In this document: in pieces, positions 57,465 to 64,000 of the stretch | Layout: every line of letters starts with the position of its first letter | How positions within the stretch are numbered: the first letter of the stretch is position 1 | The notes under the pieces: generated by a model | The model's database searches: none | Seen by the model: only the letters and a program-made list of their open reading frames with translations | What the model was told of the DNA's origin: nothing | Position numbers and translations under genes: made by a program | From: an uncultured delta proteobacterium | GTDB lineage: Bacteria; Myxococcota_A; Polyangia; Palsa-1104 | DNA: 64,000 nucleotides | NCBI GenBank assembly: GCA_963785725.1 | Contig: CAWAWS010000014.1 | Span: 379,511 to 443,510, forward strand | Direction: 5' to 3'

Positions 57465-60079
57465 GACGCACCTCGAGCGCGCGTTCGCGCTGACCGGCGT
57501 ATTCGTCGGCGAGCGCGCGCACGGCCGGGTTGTGGTCGGCGCGCATCGCCGCCAGCGTCTGCGTCAGCTGCGGATGCGGGCCGCTGAAGTCGGGATCGGG
57601 CTCGCGGTCGACGAGCGCCAGCACCGATCGCCGCAAGCTCGGCTCCAGCTGATACTCGAGCAGCTCACGGCTCGACGCCCGCAGCGCGCGATCGCCGTGC
57701 CGCAGGCCTTCGTAGATGTGGTGCAGCTCTTCACCCGGGCGCAACAGATCGAGCAGGCGGAAGAGGCGCTCGCCGGCCAGCCGCGCCTTGCGCGCCAACA
57801 GCGCCTTCAGGAGCGCGCCGGCGGCTGTCGTCGGCTCGCCGGCGAAGCTGTCGCGCCAGCGCTGCAGCGTGCGCGTGCGATCGATGGCCGCGCGCGCCTG
57901 CAGCTTGAGCTCGCTCGTGTCCAGCTTGAGCGACGGCCGATCGCGCCGCATGCGGCCGAGCCCGCGCAGCATCTTGTAGCGCGTGACGCCGTCGCCGACG
58001 TGGCGGCTCAGGCCGTCGAGCAAGATGGCGGCGGCGCGCTCGTTGCCGAAGCGGCTGAGCGTGCGCGGAATGTGGCGGCGCACGTCGCGGTCGAGCGTCG
58101 GATCGACGAGCGCGGCGGCCAAGAAGGCGATGCCGCGGTTGCCGGCGTCGCGGAAGATGTCGCGCGCGGCGTCGCGAACCTGGCGGCGGCCGAGCAGCTC
58201 GAGCGCCAACGGCAGCGCGCGCGGGTCGTCGCATGCGGCCAGCGCGCGGGCGGCGGCGACGCGCAGCTCGGGATCGTCGGCCTCGGCCAGGCGCAGGATG
58301 AGCGGCAGCAGCTCAGCGCGCGGCTGCTCGGCGGCGGCGTGCAGGAGCGCCAGTCGACCTTCGCGCGGACCGCGTTTGGCCAAGCAGCTGCAGCGCCGCG
58401 CGGTCGGCCGCCGTCTGCTTGCCGATGCGCCCGAGCGCGACGAGGCCGGCCGCGCGCACCGGCGCCCGGGCATCGTCGGCCAGGTGACGGAGGCCACGCT
58501 CGTCGTTGAGCCGCGCGGCATAGACCTGCGCCGCCAAGCTGCTCAGCGACGGATCGGTGTGCGACAAGAGCGGCGCCACGCGCGCGGCCAACGTCTTTCG
58601 CCCGCTGCCGGCCAAGAGCTCGAGCACGCGCCGCACCACCGCCGGCGACGGATGCTGCAGGAGCGCGTCGGGGATGAGCGCGACCTTGCCTTGCGCCACC
58701 AACGCGTCGAGCGCCGCCAAGATGCGCGCGTCGTCTTTGCTGTCGAGCATCGCCACCAGCGACTGCAGCGAATGCAGATCGAGCGGATGCGTCGCCGCGT
58801 GATCTTCGAGCCGACCGGCGCGCAGCTGATCGCGGAACGCCTGCACGTAATGGCCGCGCAACCCCCACGCCACCCGCAGGCAGCCGGCGGCGGCGACGAC
58901 GACGACGGCCGCCAGCTCGACCGCGTGCGCGCCGAGCGCGAACGCGCCCAACACCAAAAGCGACGCCACCGCCTGCGCGCTGCGCTGCCCGACGCCGTCG
59001 ACGAGCGTCTTCAGCTTGGCGCGCACCTCGAGCGGCAGCGGCAGATACAAGACCTCGGTGCTGGTGCGATGGACCGAGCTGCGCAGGCTGCCGTCGACGC
59101 TCTTCATCATCAACGCGGCGACGAGGCCGGGCACGAAGACGAAGCCGAGCGCGCTCGCCAACGTCAAGAACGGCAGCAGCAGCACCATGCGATGGGCGCC
59201 GACGCGACGGAACAACAGCGGCGCCACGACGAGCTGCATGATGAGCCCGACGGCGTTGATGACCAGCGTATACATGGCGAAGAACGAGCCCAGCTCGCTG
59301 GCCGGGCGCGACGAGGCGACGGCGCCCTTGAAGATGAAGTCGCCGACCGTCGTGGCGATGGTCGTCAGCGCGACGAGCCAGAAAATGCGGCGGGCATACT
59401 CGGTGCGATAGACGCGGCCGAGCGGCGCCGTCGCCTCCGGCTCGACCGGCACGACAGCCGTGACCGTCGTCAGCCGCCGGCGCAATAGAAACGGGCCGAA
59501 GCCGCTCGCGCCGAGCCCGATGGCGCCGAGGCCGAGGAGCGCGCGCGCGCCTTCGTGGCCGACGATGCGCGCGGCCAAGGCCGAGCCGGCCATCGTGCCC
59601 AGCGCACCGCCGGCGGCGATGAGCGCGAACAGCCGCCGCGCCTCGCGAATGGTCAGCTGCGCGCCGATGAGCGTCCACAGCTGCACCAACATGAGCGTGC
59701 CGGCGACGCCGACGGCTGTGTACAGCGCGTAAAGGCCGAGCGCGCCGCGCGCGCCGAGCGCCCACGACACCAGCATCGCCGCGCCCGTGATCCACAACAC
59801 GAGACCGGTACGCCGACGGCTCGCTTGCCGAGTCAGCGACGGCACGAGCCACGCCAGCAGCGACACCGCCATCGCCGTCGACAGATAGGCCCACGGCAGC
59901 TTGCGCGCCGGCAGGTGCGACAGAAACATCGTATCGCGCGCGGTCTCCAAGAGCGCGTAGCTGCCGAGCACCACGAACAGCGTGACGAACGAGACGACGA
60001 CGTTCCACGTGCGATCGCCGTCGTCCCGCGGCGTGGCCGGCGCCGCTCGGGATTCGCTCGTGGTCGCTGCGGAGGCCAT
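57454..60079 (-). CDS. Npt1/Npt2 (TLC)-like MFS transporter with C-terminal HEAT repeats; frameshifts near 58350-58390
   Basis: LLETARDTMFLSHLP, EARRLFALIAAGG, DGSLRSSVHRTSTEVLYLPLP..R; HEAT-like DPELRVAAARAL. Confidence 0.82.
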
Positions 60080-60259
60080 CACAAATACATGAGCAAATGC
60101 TGTACCGACGCAATCCCCGCGCGGTAACGAGGGTTTGCGTCACTTGCGTGTTGTCTAAACGGGCAGTTGCCGTTCAAAAGGGCGACGCGAAGCCCGCGAA
60201 ACCCGCGCTGCTTGGCTGGCCCGTCGGCTGCAAAGGGCGAGTCGCAAGAGGACAACGTC

Positions 60260-60850
60260 ATGGCGCTCAAGCAGTGGAAGATCGACGCGACCCATTCCAG
60301 CATCACCTTCTTGGTTCGCCACATGCTGGTGTCGCGCATCCACGGCTCCTTCGCGCGCTGGGGCGGCGAGGTTCGCTTCAGCGAGGCCATTCCGGCGGCC
60401 TCGTCGGTGACCGCGCGCATCGAGGCGGCGAGCATCGACACGCGCGTGCCCAAGCGCGACGCGCACCTGCGCTCGGCCGACTTCTTGGATGCCGAGCAGC
60501 ATCCGTTCGTCGACTTTCGCTCGACGGCGGTGGAGTCGGTCGGCGGTCGCAACCTCCTCGTGACCGGCGACTTCACGCTGCGCGGCGTCACCCGCGAGGT
60601 TCAGCTCGAGGTCGAATACTGCGGCCGCGTGCGCGACCCGAGCGGCGCCGAGCGCATCGGCTTTCAGGCGCGCGGCACCATCAGCCGCAAAGCCTACGGC
60701 ATCACCTTCAACCAAGTGCTCGACAGCGGCGGGCTGGCGCTCGGCGACAAGCTGGAGCTGCGCTTCGACATCTCGGCCGTCGAGGTCGAGCGCGCCGTCG
60801 GCGGCGGCGCCGAGGTCGGCCGCCGGCAAGCCGCGGTCGCCTACGTCTGA
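60260..60850 (+). CDS. YceI family protein
   Basis: WKIDATHSSITF.VRH, SIDT...RDAHLRSADF, GDFTLRGVTREV. Confidence 0.92.
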   Translation: MALKQWKIDATHSSITFLVRHMLVSRIHGSFARWGGEVRFSEAIPAASSVTARIEAASIDTRVPKRDAHLRSADFLDAEQHPFVDFRSTAVESVGGRNLLVTGDFTLRGVTREVQLEVEYCGRVRDPSGAERIGFQARGTISRKAYGITFNQVLDSGGLALGDKLELRFDISAVEVERAVGGGAEVGRRQAAVAYV

Positions 60851-61097
60851 GCTGGCGCGCGTCCGCTTTCCACCGTCAGCCGCGCTCGCTCGGCCGCGAA
60901 TCTCGTGACGATTTGCGCGCCCGACGCGGGCGCGGCGTGGCCGGCGCGTTCACGCCGCGGCGCTGCTGTCGCGAATCGCATCAGCAGCGCTGTCACGATT
61001 TCTGACAACGACGGCCGAATTTTGGTCGAATGGGCTTCAAAACAGGCGGAATCAGTCGATGTAACAGGTGGCGCGTCACTTGCTGAAGCGCTCGAAC

Positions 61098-61475
61098 ATG
61101 GACCCAGCACGCCTCCAAGCGCAAGACCATCGCCAGCTGCTCGCGCGGCTCTATGCCGCCGCCGACTCGGTCGAGACCACGCGCAACCTCGTGTCCGAGA
61201 TTCGTCAGGCCGACGCGCTGGCCGATGAGCGGCCCGAGGTGCGCGGCCTGGTCGAGATGGTGGGACGCGCCCGGCAGCTGCTGGCGTCGCTCATCGCCGT
61301 CGAGCGCGCGCCGGCGGCGCCTACATCGGCGGCGGCCACGCGCATGGTGGCGATGGCCGGCGGGCTCTCCGGAAATCGATGGCCAGGCGTCGCGAAATCG
61401 AACGCCGATGCCGGTTTCGACAACGCCGATCGCTCCGAAGTCCGCGGCGCACGGTCGGTACGGAGCTTGCTCTAA
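61098..61475 (+). CDS. Hypothetical protein
   Basis: Helical-looking ORF with GC-rich third positions; start and 3' end uncertain. Confidence 0.45.
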   Translation: MDPARLQAQDHRQLLARLYAAADSVETTRNLVSEIRQADALADERPEVRGLVEMVGRARQLLASLIAVERAPAAPTSAAATRMVAMAGGLSGNRWPGVAKSNADAGFDNADRSEVRGARSVRSLL

Positions 61476-61494
61476 GAGCAAGCAGGTGACGACG

Positions 61495-61662
61495 ATGACT
61501 TCCTTGACCTACGAGCTCTACCGCGCCGGATCGGCCGCGACCGATGCCGGGCTCCACGAATGGCTACGCCACTTCATCCTCGCCGGCGGCCCGCTCGTCG
61601 TCGTGATGGCGCTCGGCCGCAAGCTGCATCTGACGGCCCGCACCGCGACCGCCGCCGCGTAA
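61495..61662 (+). CDS. Small hypothetical membrane peptide (55 aa)
   Basis: CAGGTG RBS-like site; one hydrophobic segment. Confidence 0.4.
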   Translation: MTSLTYELYRAGSAATDAGLHEWLRHFILAGGPLVVVMALGRKLHLTARTATAAA

Positions 61663-61751
61663 GCGCGCCGCGTCCAACCCAAAGAGAGCGGCGACGAGGC
61701 CGCACGAGACGTGAGACGTCGCGCCCGCGCGGCCTTCGCTCGCCGGGCCAG

Positions 61752-61850
61752 CTACTTCTTGGCCTCTTTTTCCTTCTTTTTCTTCTGCTTCTCCGCCGTC
61801 GACAGCTTCGGCTTGTTCTTCTTGTCGGTCTTCACTTGTCCCTTGGCCAT
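61752..61850 (-). CDS. Very small Lys-rich protein (32 aa)
   Basis: MAKGQVKTDKKNKPKLSTAEKQKKKKEKEAKK with GGAGG 8 nt upstream of ATG. Confidence 0.7.
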   Translation of the reverse strand: MAKGQVKTDKKNKPKLSTAEKQKKKKEKEAKK

Positions 61851-61941
61851 GGTCGTTGCCTCCGCGTGGATCTTGGCTGGCTCCGCGCTTTTGAGCAAAT
61901 TCTCCCGTCGCCCCGCGTGTTCGCTAGGATGCGGACCGCAG

Positions 61942-63490
61942 ATGCGGCTCGCTCGGTCTTGCTCGGTCCTCGTCATGACGCTCGGGCTCGTCAGCGCGGG
62001 CGGCTGCGCGCAGCTGCCGCGTCGCGTCGCCGCGCCCTCGCTGGCGCTGCCGATTCGGCCGCACAGCCGCATCGGCCGGCTCTACTCCGACGCGGCGGCG
62101 AGCCATCCCGGTCAATCGGGCTTCGTGGTCCTCGATCGCGCCGATCAGGCGCTCGACGCGCGCGCGGCCGTCATCGAGCTCGCCGACAGCTCCATCGACG
62201 CGCAATATTTCGACTGGGAGTCGGATCGCGTCGGCCAGCTGCTCTATGACGAGATCCTACGCGCGGCCGATCGCGGCGTGCGCGTCAGGCTGCTCATCGA
62301 CGACATTCACGTGCGGCCGCGCGATCGTCCGATCTTGGCGCTCGACGGGCATCCCAACATCGAAGTGCGCATCTTCAATCCGTTCATCGAACGACGCGGC
62401 TCGCGCGCGCTCGAGTGGCTGCGGCGTTTTTCCCACGTCAATCACCGCATGCACAACAAGATGCTCATCGTCGATGGGCAGGCGCTGGTCGTCGGCGGCC
62501 GCAACATCGCCGACAGCTACTTCGGCTTCGACTCCGAGGTCACCTTCCGCGATCTCGACCTGTTGGCCGTCGGGGCGTTGGCGCTCGATGCCGAACAGGC
62601 GTTCGATCTGTATTGGAATAGCCCGTGGGCGTTTCCGATCGGCAACTTACATCGGCACAACTACAAGCCCGAAGAGAGCGCGGTGCTGTTGGCCGAGCTG
62701 CGCAAGACGCTGGCGCGCACCGAGGCCAAGCTGCCGCGGCGCAAGAGCGAGCCGGCCGAGGAGCGGCTCGGTCGGCTCGACGACGACGGCCGCGACATCG
62801 TGTGGGCGCCGGGCGAGCTGGTCTACGATCGGCCGGAGAAGATCGCCGCGCGCAAGCTGCACGAGCCGTCGCCGGCCGCGGCGCGCACGGCGCTCATCGC
62901 CAGCCAGGCGCAGCACGAGCTCGTCGTCGAGGCGGCCTATTTCGTGCCGCCGCAAGAAGCTGACGCTCGTTCACGCGCTCAGGCAGCGCGGCGTCTCCAT
63001 TCGCATCCTCACCAACTCGCTGGCGTCGACGGATTTGGTGCCGGTGCACGCCGAATATGCCAAGTCGCGGCGCGGGCTCGTCGAAGCGGGCGCGCAGCTG
63101 TTCGAGCTCGACGCGTGGGCGGCTTCGCGCTCGTTTTATGTCGCCCCGCCCCGCGCTCGGCTCAGCCTGCACACGAAGGTCGCGGTCATCGATCGCGAGT
63201 GGATCTTCCTCGGCTCGGCCAACTTGGATCCGCGCTCGTCGTTCTTGAATACCGAGGTGGGGATCGCGGTCCGTAGCCCGGCGTTGGCGGAGAAGGTGTT
63301 GGCGGCGATCGCGCGCGACTTCGAGCCGCTCAACAGCTGGCAGGTCGTCGTCGACGACAACCGTCAATTGCGCTGGCACGGCTATCGCGACGGGCGCGCG
63401 CGCTGCTTCAGCCGCGAGCCTGCGGCCAGCTTGGCCCGCCGCGTCGCCGCCGCGTTCTTGGCCGTCTTGCCGCTGCGTCCGCTGCTGTAA
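61942..63490 (+). CDS. Phospholipase D family protein (ClsC-like); frameshift near 62950
   Basis: Lipobox-like SAGG-C; two HKD motifs RMHNKMLIVD and LHTKVAVID; GSANLDPRS.FLNTE. Confidence 0.9.
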
Positions 63491-63493
63491 GGC

Positions 63494-64000
63494 TCAGCAG
63501 CTGACGGTGCCGGGCAGGTAGCAGGTGCCGGCGGTCGATCCGGCGGCGGGGACGCAGCGCGCGGGCGTCGTGCAGCTGGGGCCGTTGACGGTGTCGCAGG
63601 CGGCGCCGTCGGCGGCGTCGGCTTTGCAGACGCCCATCACCGTTGTGCCGACGCTGCCGTAGCACGTGCCTTGCGCGCAATCGACGAAGTCGCCGCCGGC
63701 CGTGACGCCGCAGGCGGCGCCGTCGGCGGCGTATTGGATGCTCGTGCACGTGGCCGACATCGTGTTGCAGTAGATGCCGAGATTGCGGGCGCAGCCGGGG
63801 CCGGTCTTGTTGTCGCAGGCGGCGCCGGCGCTGACGGCGGCGGTCATGCACGTGCCGTTGACCGTCGTCGTCGCGCCGATGCAGGCGAGGCCGGGGCTGC
63901 ACGGCGCCGTGCGGCTGCAGCTCGCGCCGACGATGCCGTCGACGACACACGTCATCGTGTTGGCCACGAACAATACGCAACTGAACGAGTAGACCACATA
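63494..64000 (-). CDS. Cys-rich repeat extracellular protein, 5' end outside the window
   Basis: Repeated GAAC...C..G..C units; frame open to the window edge. Confidence 0.7.
   Translation of the reverse strand, partial: YVVYSFSCVLFVANTMTCVVDGIVGASCSRTAPCSPGLACIGATTTVNGTCMTAAVSAGAACDNKTGPGCARNLGIYCNTMSATCTSIQYAADGAACGVTAGGDFVDCAQGTCYGSVGTTVMGVCKADAADGAACDTVNGPSCTTPARCVPAAGSTAGTCYLPGTVSC

Overview
High-GC bacterial chromosome segment. The gene content (MJ0042 zinc-ribbon/TPR protein, Ser/Thr kinase-PEGA, many Cys-rich lipoproteins, TPR-Gly-zipper proteins) points to Myxococcota (Polyangia-like); this is an inference. About 1-25.6 kb is mostly core genome: sensor kinase, selA, HNH, FlhG/MinD-J-HTH fusion, rluD, pgeF, nfo, RRM protein, msrA, amidase, rph, rdgB and tRNA-Pro(TGG). 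It also contains a SIR2-domain gene with a GAF-like tail and a tandem hairpin array. After tRNA-Pro, a lower-GC accessory region (about 25.6-35.4 kb) holds two tandem decayed integrative islands: a 30-bp att duplication at 25616/32826, integrase tails, IS256 and IS66 relics, an orphan toxin-immunity pair and a TPR-lipoprotein-tail-collar cassette. At 35975-39538 a translationally coupled three-gene operon encodes a secreted repeat protein with a C-terminal PD-(D/E)xK nuclease-like domain, a putative immunity protein and a PASTA lipoprotein; this is the best candidate for an undescribed system. It is followed by a large cell-surface gene cluster (40-49.7 kb) and miscellaneous metabolic and signalling genes. 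Many genes, including housekeeping ones, carry single-base frameshifts, most likely assembly indel errors, so several CDS boundaries are joined by hand. All family assignments come from motifs recognised by eye; no database searches were run.
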